From Promethearchaeota archaeon (GTDB taxonomy: Archaea > Asgardarchaeota > Odinarchaeia > Odinarchaeales > JBHLKK01), in the NCBI GenBank assembly GCA_048939465.1, contig JBHLPL010000013.1, positions 1 to 26,755 on the forward strand: a stretch of DNA of 26,755 nt, read 5' to 3'. Under the pieces are notes generated by a model, which was not told the origin of the DNA, searched no databases, and worked only from the letters and a program-made list of their open reading frames with translations. Shown here piece after piece: positions 1 to 8,863 of the stretch. The number at the start of each line of letters is the position of its first letter. Positions within the stretch are counted from its first letter, which is position 1. The position numbers and the translations under genes are program-made.

Positions 1-146
1 ATACTTGTGGGGGGAACTCCTGCTTCCTTGGCTGTTTTGGGAGCATTTGATGGACCCAGTCCGATCAGTGCATAGTATGTCCTTGCTGCGTAGTCGCTCA
101 ACCCTAGTTCTTTTAGTGTCTGAAGAATTTCAGTTTTTGACAACAT
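1..146 (-). CDS. TrmB-family transcriptional regulator, N-terminal wHTH (partial, runs off window start)
   Basis: Not in the ORF track. Hand translation from ATG at 146 gives MLSKTEILQTLKELGLSDYAARTYYALIGLGPSNAPKTAKEAGVPPTS, matching the TrmB pattern LGLS.Y.A..Y.AL...GP..A...A...GVP. Confidence 0.8.
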   Translation of the reverse strand, partial: MLSKTEILQTLKELGLSDYAARTYYALIGLGPSNAPKTAKEAGVPPTS

Positions 147-277
147 CTTTGACCACAATGTTTAATTAGTAGTCACAGCTAATAATCTTTGCCATAACCC
201 AACAGTAGGAACAGGGAAAATCAGAAATAGTTATGAGGGACCAGAGGCAAGAATAGATGTTCGCAAGGTGAAATTGG

Positions 278-445
278 ATGAAGATTGATCGCGAAAAATG
301 CGGGGTCTGCTTTGGATGTGCTTGCGTCTGCCCGAGAGAGGCCTTAACAGCCACTGATTATGCGATCTATGTTAATGAAAAATGCAATAATTGTGGGATC
401 TGTGAGAAGATCTGTCCAGTGGGGGCTATATCAATTGAAGATTAA
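278..445 (+). CDS. 2x[4Fe-4S] bacterial-type ferredoxin, 55 aa
   Basis: Not in the ORF track. MKIDREKCGVCFGCACVCPREALTATDYAIYVNEKCNNCGICEKICPVGAISIED has two CxxCxxCxxxCP motifs. GGTGA RBS at 267-271. Confidence 0.92.
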   Translation: MKIDREKCGVCFGCACVCPREALTATDYAIYVNEKCNNCGICEKICPVGAISIED

Positions 446-1655
446 AACAGATATTGTTGTGGTTGGAGCAGGACCGGCTGGCAGTTCAGCTGCAATATCG
501 GCGGTTCGCCATGGCGGGAAAGTGCTGATCCTAGATAGGAAACAAAATGTGGGAATACCGGTTCAGTGCGGGGAAGCCATCGGAAAGGTTGGTCCTGGAA
601 TAGCTGAAATCGATATTCCGAAAGATTCTATCAGAAATCCAATAAGAGGCTTCAGAGTTTACAGCCCAGGATTGCTGAAGGTGGACTACAAAAAACCGGA
701 ACATGACGGGTACATTGTTGATCGAAGAGTTTTCGACAAGGAACTTCTTGCAAGGGCGGCGGAGTCAGGAGCGGATGTGTTAGTTGACACCAACGTTACC
801 GATCTAATATGGGACAATGGTCAGGTGAAGGGTGTTACAGCAAGAAGTAAGGGCGAGCAAGTTGAGATTAGAGCAGATATTGTTGTTGGGGCAGACGGTG
901 CCAATAGCATCATAGCTAGGTTGACGGGCCTAAGGAAATTCTTCAAACTGAAGGATTTGGATTCGAGTGTTGGTTACGAAATGACAGGTGTTCAGATTGA
1001 CGATCCAGATCTTATGGAGTTCTACATGGGAAGGAAGGTCGCGCCCAGAGGATATGTTTGGATTTTCCCGAAAGGAGATAGCAGAGCAAATGTGGGTATT
1101 GGTGTTGGGGGGGGATACGGAGAGAAAACTGCTTTAGAATATCTTCGGTCGTTCATCAAGGACCACGAGCTGGGAAAAGAGAAATTGGGGAAAGCAAAGA
1201 TAATAGAGTTCCGCGTTGGGGCGATACCGGTGGGCGGGCCCAATGAGAAAAACATAGCCGACGGCGTGATGCTTGTGGGAGATGCTGCAGGACAGATCCA
1301 TCCGATTACTGGTGGAGGCATTGGCTACGCTATAGTCTGCGGCAGTATTGCAGGAAAAGTAGCAGTAGAGTGTATATCTGACGCAGATACGAGTGGGACA
1401 GCATTAATGAAATATGAACGTTTGTGGCGGGAAAGATATGGAGAAGAGTTCGCAAGAATGCTCGAACTTAGAAGGCTTCTTGAAGAAACCGATGATGAGA
1501 CTCTTGATAAATTGGGAGAGGTGCTCAGTGGTAAGAATATAGTAGATTTGACCGCGGGCAAGAAGATATCAATACTTTTTAGGGGAATAGCTAAGAGAAG
1601 CAGAAAACTCTTGAAGCTGCTTAATGCCTTCCGACGGCTAAGATTAATATCATGA
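435..1655 (+). CDS. Geranylgeranyl reductase / digeranylgeranylglycerophospholipid reductase (FAD)
   Basis: GAGPAGS Rossmann motif, QCGEA, GADG, PRGYVWIFPKG (PxxYxWxFP GGR motif), LVGDAAG..HPITGGGI. In-frame TTG at 435 overlaps the ferredoxin end. The track start at 360 lies inside the ferredoxin and is probably spurious. Confidence 0.9.
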   Translation: MKIKTDIVVVGAGPAGSSAAISAVRHGGKVLILDRKQNVGIPVQCGEAIGKVGPGIAEIDIPKDSIRNPIRGFRVYSPGLLKVDYKKPEHDGYIVDRRVFDKELLARAAESGADVLVDTNVTDLIWDNGQVKGVTARSKGEQVEIRADIVVGADGANSIIARLTGLRKFFKLKDLDSSVGYEMTGVQIDDPDLMEFYMGRKVAPRGYVWIFPKGDSRANVGIGVGGGYGEKTALEYLRSFIKDHELGKEKLGKAKIIEFRVGAIPVGGPNEKNIADGVMLVGDAAGQIHPITGGGIGYAIVCGSIAGKVAVECISDADTSGTALMKYERLWRERYGEEFARMLELRRLLEETDDETLDKLGEVLSGKNIVDLTAGKKISILFRGIAKRSRKLLKLLNAFRRLRLIS

Positions 1656-1725
1656 AATGTCTCCTTCTTCAGTTGCTTAAGGAGCTCCTTCACAGACTGT
1701 GTGCGGGATTTAGGAGGGTTAGTAA

Positions 1726-2310
1726 TTGGGGTTTGCAAGAATATTGGGTAGCAGCTTGATAATGATAATTCTGGCTAGTATTCTTGTGTATTTTGTTTTA
1801 CCGCACGTCGTGCTGCAAGTGATCCAACAGAAGTATCCTACCGAGGGAGAAATTGGAGTGTTAGCAGCAATTGTGGATGTGGTACTCCTACCCCTTGAAA
1901 CTCAGGTTCCGGTAAACCTGTCAATCATATTCTTCTCCGCATTTGTAAGTGGAGCAATAGCAAGAGGAAAAAACAGTATTGCGGTAGGCATCTCAGCAGG
2001 ACTTATTTTGGCACTTTTCACCGTTTTCATCATAAGTCGTTACATGCCGACAGTTTGGTCTTCATTAACCTCAAAAGGCGTTTGGGATCCGATTCTCATT
2101 TACCTCGGGAGAGGGTTGGTATTTGCAGGCATAACGACCATCACAAGCATAATTGGGGGAATCATGACTAGGAAGAAGAGCCTGACCATCATTTATCCTT
2201 CAGGTGAGGAGGAACCGCCCAAGATTGGAGTGATATGTCCGCACTGCGGATCAGAATACGCTTCTAACCCCTTATACTGCGGACAATGTGGAAGGAGAAT
2301 CGAGGAATAA
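1726..2310 (+). CDS. Hypothetical multi-pass membrane protein with C-terminal zinc ribbon
   Basis: About 5 hydrophobic segments, then CPHCG...YCGQCG. TTG start with AGGAGGG RBS about 8 nt upstream. Confidence 0.75.
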   Translation: MGFARILGSSLIMIILASILVYFVLPHVVLQVIQQKYPTEGEIGVLAAIVDVVLLPLETQVPVNLSIIFFSAFVSGAIARGKNSIAVGISAGLILALFTVFIISRYMPTVWSSLTSKGVWDPILIYLGRGLVFAGITTITSIIGGIMTRKKSLTIIYPSGEEEPPKIGVICPHCGSEYASNPLYCGQCGRRIEE

Positions 2311-2470
2311 TCTTAATGCAACTGACGATATGGACTTTTCCTATGCGAGATTTGAGAATTGTCGATTTCTCTATTATGTAACATCCATAGATTGTTCTGT
2401 GTTTTAGTGCGCTTTACTCAACATTCGTTTCGGATACATTAAAAATCATGTGTTCTTTTTGCGATTATTA

Positions 2471-2484
2471 GAAAAATTTATAAG
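2471..2484 (+). promoter_or_regulatory. BRE/TATA-like promoter with no annotated downstream CDS
   Basis: GAAAAA (2471-2476) directly followed by TTTATAAG (2477-2484). Expected start of transcription about 2507-2509. Confidence 0.5.
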
Positions 2485-2506
2485 TTAGAAGAGACTATAA
2501 CTAAAT

Positions 2507-2656
2507 ATGGCGGAGCCAGCGGAGTGTGCTGATTTTATATAAAAGGCTCTCCCTCTTCCCTCCTCACCCTCCTCGCCCTCCTCCCCCCAAAAAGGCTGGC
2601 GATGACGCCCCCCGCCCTTAATACGCGGAAGACACTAGTCCGTATCATCATTTTTT
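2507..2656 (+). ncRNA. Candidate small non-coding RNA (unassigned)
   Basis: Upstream TATA/BRE, GC-rich body with complementary segments GGCGG 2509-2513/CCGCC 2612-2616 and GCCAGC 2515-2520/GCTGGC 2595-2600, and a T6 tract at 2651-2656. No match to tRNA, 5S, SRP or RNase P recognised. Confidence 0.3.
2547..2588. repeat. 42-nt polypyrimidine/polypurine tract with 3 tandem 9-nt units
   Basis: Only 2 purines in 42 nt on the + strand. Units are CCTCCTCAC, CCTCCTCGC, CCTCCTCCC. Confidence 0.85.
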
Positions 2657-2687
2657 CAAGAAGCACAAAGAAAATAAAGAAGAAAAG
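2657..2687 (-). terminator. T-rich archaeal terminator after cdc48
   Basis: Minus strand reads CTTTTCTTCTTTATTTTCTTTGTGCTTCTTG immediately after the cdc48 stop. Confidence 0.5.
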
Positions 2688-4955
<2,268 letters not shown>

Positions 4956-4975
4956 TTATCAATTTTCTCGTCTCT

Positions 4976-5377
4976 TTAGAGATCCTCCATTATACGTTTC
5001 AAGGATTTGAAATTCTTTTCTACTATCCTAAAAATCTTTTCAAATATGCCTGTCCAGCTCTCAGTCATTGCCTTTACTAGTAGCTCACCGGTATTTGTTA
5101 CTTCATAAATCTTTCTCTCGGGTCCTTTTTCTCCTTCCGGGACTCCTGTTGTTGTTTCTTCTATCCATCCATCCCCTTCCAGTCTTTTTAGCAGAGGATA
5201 TATTGTTCCTGGCTTAATATTGATGAGACCTCTAGACCAATCCAAGAGAATCTTGCACAGCTTTGCACCATACATAGGTTCCTCATTTAGGAGCGTAAGG
5301 ACCCAAAATTCAAGAGTGCCTCTTCGCATTTCCTTTAACCATTTGTCTAATTTCTTCTCTACTAAGTCCGTCGTCAC
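4976..5377 (-). CDS. PadR-family transcriptional regulator
   Basis: RRGTLEFWVLTLL..EPMYG, PGTIYPLLKRLE.DGWI, GPERKIYEVT..G. GTG start with GGTGA RBS. Confidence 0.9.
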   Translation of the reverse strand: MTTDLVEKKLDKWLKEMRRGTLEFWVLTLLNEEPMYGAKLCKILLDWSRGLINIKPGTIYPLLKRLEGDGWIEETTTGVPEGEKGPERKIYEVTNTGELLVKAMTESWTGIFEKIFRIVEKNFKSLKRIMEDL

Positions 5378-5392
5378 TTAGAATCACCGAGT

Positions 5393-5448
5393 TTGTGATT
5401 GGGCAATATATGGTGTAACAATATATAGTATCACAATACATATAAACA
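5393..5448 (-). promoter_or_regulatory. padR-cdc48 promoter with repeated candidate operator
   Basis: Minus-strand TTTATATG TATA near 5446-5439. Direct repeats CAATATAT 5404, CAATATAT 5419 and CAATACAT 5434 at an exact 15-nt period. Inverted pair TTGTGAT 5393-5399 / ATCACAA 5430-5436. Confidence 0.5.
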
Positions 5449-5452
5449 ACGC

Positions 5453-6277
5453 CTATTTAAACTTGATGGTTTTCGCTCCTGTGGTCTCTTCCAGGCTCCC
5501 CGATCTATAACCCTCCATATCAAGGACAACATAACGATATCCTAGACTCTTCAACCTTCTGGTAATGTTACTCATTGAATTCAGATTGAGCATTTTATTT
5601 AGCTCGTCAAGAGCTACTTCAATTCTCGCGATATTGCCGTGGTCTCGGACTCTAAGTTGTTTAATCCCTGTAAGCCCACGAATCCTTTGCTCTGCCTTTC
5701 CTACTCGAATAAGTCTTTCCTTCGTAATCTTCTGATCGTGTGATATTCTCGAAGAAAGACAAGCCATTTGGGGCTTATCTGCAACATCAGGAACAAGTAT
5801 CTTTGCGATCTCCCTGACTTCTTTCTTGGAGAGACCTACGTCCGCCAATGGAGTGAAGATACCGTCTTCGCTCAGTGCACGGCTTCCCGGACGATATCGC
5901 CTCAAATCGTCGGCATTCAGACCATCTACGATGGCTGCTTTATTCTCCTTCTCTGCAATCTTCTGAAGTTTTGATATCAACTCCTTCTTGCAATAGTAGC
6001 ATCGCATGGGGGAGTTCATAACAAAGTCCTTGTTTTTCAACTCATTAGTTCTTATTACTAGATGCTTAATCCCGATGTCCTTGGCGACGCGTTTTGCATT
6101 TTCGAGCTCCTCTGGCGGTAAGTTAGCTGAATTCGCTGTGACTGCCAGCACTCTTCCATCCAACGCGATTTTGGCTGCTGCAGCCAAGACTGAGCTATCA
6201 ACCCCCCCAGAAAACGCAACCAGAGCACTTCCCATTCTTCGCAATTCATCCAAAAGTTGAGCGAATTTGCCTTTCAA
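5453..6277 (-). CDS. larE: LarE-family ATP-dependent sulfur transferase (PP-loop)
   Basis: VAFSGGVDS PP-loop, RCYYCK, RPG..A, PQMACLSSRI, LRVRDHG, LDMEGYRSGS. Likely TTG start at 6277 after GGAG; track start is 6370. Start is uncertain. Confidence 0.88.
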   Translation of the reverse strand: MKGKFAQLLDELRRMGSALVAFSGGVDSSVLAAAAKIALDGRVLAVTANSANLPPEELENAKRVAKDIGIKHLVIRTNELKNKDFVMNSPMRCYYCKKELISKLQKIAEKENKAAIVDGLNADDLRRYRPGSRALSEDGIFTPLADVGLSKKEVREIAKILVPDVADKPQMACLSSRISHDQKITKERLIRVGKAEQRIRGLTGIKQLRVRDHGNIARIEVALDELNKMLNLNSMSNITRRLKSLGYRYVVLDMEGYRSGSLEETTGAKTIKFK

Positions 6278-6413
6278 AGCTCCTTTGAGTTGAACGGAGA
6301 TACTCTCCCTACATGAAGTATTCAATTGGAAATCCCTCAATAACGCTGAAAATTGAACTCCACAAAACATATAAATATTGTTGATTTTTCTACTGGATAC
6401 CGTAGCGTATTAT

Positions 6414-6487
6414 GCCGGGATAGCCAAGCAGTTAGGCAGCGGACTGCAGATCCGCGTACCTGGGTGCAAATCCCAGTCCCGGCTCCA
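6414..6487 (+). tRNA. tRNA-Cys (anticodon GCA), CCA encoded, no intron
   Basis: Acceptor stem GCCGGGA/TCCCGGC, D stem GCC/GGC, anticodon stem GCGGA/TCCGC with loop CT-GCA-GA, T stem CTGGG/CCCAG, discriminator T then CCA. TATA near 6370 and T-run after the gene. Confidence 0.97.
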
Positions 6488-6776
6488 GTTTTTGCCTTCT
6501 ATCGCAGGCTTTCAGCGTATAATACAATGAATTTGTGACAAGGGGGGATTCCATATCCAGCAACTAAAGAGATTTTCGGATCAACCTTACAGACGAAACA
6601 AATCTTTTATCAAACTGAATACGAACTGATGGATCTTTTGCGTGTGCACTCCTCACAGACATTTGCCGCACTTACCATACAGGAAGAAAACCAGGAAGTT
6701 CTCTTTCACGAAAGCGAGTTTGTGTGATTTGAGAAAGCAGGATTCTGTCTTCAGAACGCGCCTTTTAGACAGGAGG

Positions 6777-7013
6777 TTATTTGACGAATTTGCTACCGGA
6801 AGCCCGCAATATACATCCATAGGGCAGGGAGCAAAGAAGTCTCGCAGTTTCTTTTGGATAAATGAATTTCCCGTCCTCATCGATATATCTCATAAACACA
6901 CTTAGCGCTTTGGTGAGTAGTTTACACGCTCCATCAAAATCTCCTTCTTTGCAGAGCGTCAGACCTTCTTCTGTCATTCTTCTGGCTTCAACTACCTCTT
7001 CTGGATCTGACAT
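6777..7013 (-). CDS. Short hypothetical protein with one TPR-like helical hairpin
   Basis: ARRMTEEGLTLCKEGDFDGACKLLTKALSVF resembles a TPR repeat. ATG at 7013 follows a G-rich RBS-like tract. The C-terminal half is not recognisable. Confidence 0.45.
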   Translation of the reverse strand: MSDPEEVVEARRMTEEGLTLCKEGDFDGACKLLTKALSVFMRYIDEDGKFIYPKETARLLCSLPYGCILRASGSKFVK

Positions 7014-7139
7014 GCTAAAGCCCACCCCCGAACAGATCAATCACTTGGATAGATCATAGTTTCTATGCCTCGACCAAGAAGCGTAAGATAGAGCATAGAA
7101 CGTGAGACTATGACATTTCAACATTGATTTTCGGCCCCT

Positions 7140-7379
7140 TCACTTCTTTCTTATGTAATAGCGAGTGAAATCTCCTTCATCCACAACCCTTAGGAGCTCA
7201 TGGCCAGTACGATTTGACCACCTGGGAAAATCCTCCTTTGCACCGGAATCATTCGATAATACCTCCAAGATATCTCCGGAATCTAGCTCATCCATGGCTT
7301 TCTTGGCTTTAATTATGGGCAAAGGACATTTTAGGCCCCTAGTATCTATTGTCTTTGTGGAATCCAGCTTGTCGCTCAC
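7140..7379 (-). CDS. tusA: TusA/SirA-family sulfur carrier, 79 aa
   Basis: IDTRGLKCPLP (CPxP motif), DILEVLSND.GA..DFP.W....GHE, YYIRK. GTG start at 7379 after AAGGAGGG. The track start at 7463 is over-extended. Confidence 0.93.
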   Translation of the reverse strand: MSDKLDSTKTIDTRGLKCPLPIIKAKKAMDELDSGDILEVLSNDSGAKEDFPRWSNRTGHELLRVVDEGDFTRYYIRKK

Positions 7380-7457
7380 CGCTCCACCCTCCTTATCGCT
7401 TCTCGGACTGCAAGAGTCCCGTCCACCAACAGCTTTCTGGAAAACCCAACCATATTT

Positions 7458-7525
7458 GGTCAAAATCTGTCAAAGATATTTAAATTTTGCCATAAAAAAA
7501 CTTAAATAATCCTTTCAATTTGACA
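7458..7525. promoter_or_regulatory. Divergent tusA/dsrE promoters with TTTGAC boxes
   Basis: Minus TATA TTTAAATA about 7484-7477 and plus TATA CTTAAATA 7501-7508. GTCAAA at 7459 and 7469, TTTGAC at 7519. Confidence 0.4.
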
Positions 7526-7550
7526 TACGAAACTGATCCGTAAGCGAGGG

Positions 7551-7919
7551 ATGTCTATGGGGAAAATCGGCTTCGTGTTAACTTTGGGTCCATATACCCA
7601 CCAAAACACGGATACAACCCTCAGAATGGTAAATGCAGCATTAGAGGAAGGGCATGAAGTGGTCGGAGTATATCTGTATGTAGACGGTGTTTATAATGTC
7701 TCAAACAGAATAGATCCGAAATCTGAGGAGGAACGAAATATCGCTCGAATGTTCGAACGGTTGGCTACTCGGGGGGTTCCTGTAAAGGTCTGTCCAGTAT
7801 GCGGTCATTATAGAGGCATAAATGACGAGAAGATTATGGTAAAGGGTGTTGAATTCGATGGGCTTGGCGCACTTGCCGAAATATTTGAAGCTGCGGATAA
7901 AGTGGTTGCATTAACGTAG
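7551..7919 (+). CDS. dsrE: DsrE/TusD-family sulfurtransferase subunit
   Basis: VLTLGPY, GHEVVGVYLYVDGV, VKVCPVCGHYRG carrying the persulfide-site Cys. First gene of the EFH trio. Confidence 0.85.
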   Translation: MSMGKIGFVLTLGPYTHQNTDTTLRMVNAALEEGHEVVGVYLYVDGVYNVSNRIDPKSEEERNIARMFERLATRGVPVKVCPVCGHYRGINDEKIMVKGVEFDGLGALAEIFEAADKVVALT

Positions 7920-7932
7920 AAGAGGAATAAAT

Positions 7933-8286
7933 ATGAACAAGGTCTTGGTTGTTTTTAGGCAGGGTCCCTATGGAAGTGTTTACCCCATAGAGGCTGCGAG
8001 AGTGATTCAAGGATTATTTGTAATGGACTTGAAGGTCATGGCAGTCTTCATCGATGATGGAGTATACTCACTTACCAAGAATCATAATACTGAAGGAATA
8101 AATATGCAGCCGGTCAAGTTGGCAATTGAGAATATGATAGCAATAGATGTGCCTTTGTACGTAATAAGAGAGTCTCTAGAGGAGAGGGGCTTAGCAAGTG
8201 AAGATTTGGATTTTGAGCCTGAAATTGTCGATCTGGAGACCTTCTCAGAGCTAATACTTGATGCAGATTCAACCATATCCTTTTAG
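7933..8286 (+). CDS. dsrF: DsrF/TusC-family subunit
   Basis: VVFRQGPYG, AVFIDDGVYSL.K, YVIRESLEERGL, D.TISF. Confidence 0.85.
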   Translation: MNKVLVVFRQGPYGSVYPIEAARVIQGLFVMDLKVMAVFIDDGVYSLTKNHNTEGINMQPVKLAIENMIAIDVPLYVIRESLEERGLASEDLDFEPEIVDLETFSELILDADSTISF

Positions 8287-8298
8287 CGAGGCGAGACT

Positions 8299-8622
8299 AT
8301 GGTTTCAGTATTATATTTGCTATTTAAGTCACCCTACAAGAACTTCAACGGAATGGACGCTCTGATGAGAGTTGTCAAATCACAATCAGTCAAAAGCAAA
8401 GTAGGAGTAGCCCTGCTTCAGGACGCCGTTGTTTCCTTGAGGGGGGTTTTAAGTGAGAAAATCGTAGAACTGGCGAAGGAGGGCATTCATGTTATCGCCC
8501 TATCAGAGGATCTTAAGGCAAGGGGGATAGGTTCTACTGTCGACGGGGTTCAACAAGTCAGTTACAGAGAAATAATTAACATAATTATGAACGATTACGA
8601 TAAAGTTGTGTCTTGGGGATAA
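8299..8622 (+). CDS. dsrH: DsrH/TusB-family subunit
   Basis: LFKSP, LLQDAV, ALSEDLKARGI, VSY......I......VVSW. Confidence 0.85.
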   Translation: MVSVLYLLFKSPYKNFNGMDALMRVVKSQSVKSKVGVALLQDAVVSLRGVLSEKIVELAKEGIHVIALSEDLKARGIGSTVDGVQQVSYREIINIIMNDYDKVVSWG

Positions 8623-8624
8623 GT

Positions 8625-8643
8625 GAACAACACTGAGTTGTTC
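8625..8643. other. Perfect 7-bp hairpin just after dsrH stop
   Basis: GAACAAC-ACTGA-GTTGTTC. Confidence 0.6.
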
Positions 8644-8863
8644 GGCGTATCAACGGCCTGAAGTTTTCGGTTCTGGCAAGAATCAGAATTAGCTTCCACA
8701 TTAGAAACGAGCCAGGGTATTTGGAACGATCCTCAGGACCAAGATTAGGGGCTCTTATCGAATTCTGGAATCAAACGAGTTTTCGGCAGGTCCGTAAGGT
8801 TCTTTGGAATGACTTGCGTAATTTTTTTAATATTGCGTTGGATAATATACCTTAGGTGATTAT

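Noticed and set aside
166-354. 62-aa minus-strand ORF from the track
   Set aside because: Antisense to the ferredoxin and the divergent promoter region, with no recognisable motif.
360-434. Track N-terminal extension of GGR
   Set aside because: It is an alternative frame of the ferredoxin gene. GGR homology starts at about 435.
1022-1738. Antisense ORFs over GGR (99 aa, 137 aa) and the many similar shadow ORFs opposite cdc48, larE, copA, thiI, moeA, pdaD, the TrmB rod gene, purP-like and mtrH
   Set aside because: They lie wholly within or opposite well-supported genes, are Ser/Pro/Ile-rich antisense translations, and have no motifs or RBS.
2320-2687. Replication origin suggested by the G-string and AT-rich tract
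   Set aside because: No ORB-like TTCCAGTGGAAAC repeats and no cdc6/orc1 gene in the window.
6653-6880. 75-aa ORF as a frameshifted continuation of the TPR-like ORF
   Set aside because: No TPR or other recognisable pattern in any downstream frame, and no slippery site identified.
6414-7140. Integrated mobile element at tRNA-Cys
   Set aside because: No duplicated tRNA 3' end, integrase, transposase or terminal repeats seen anywhere in the window.
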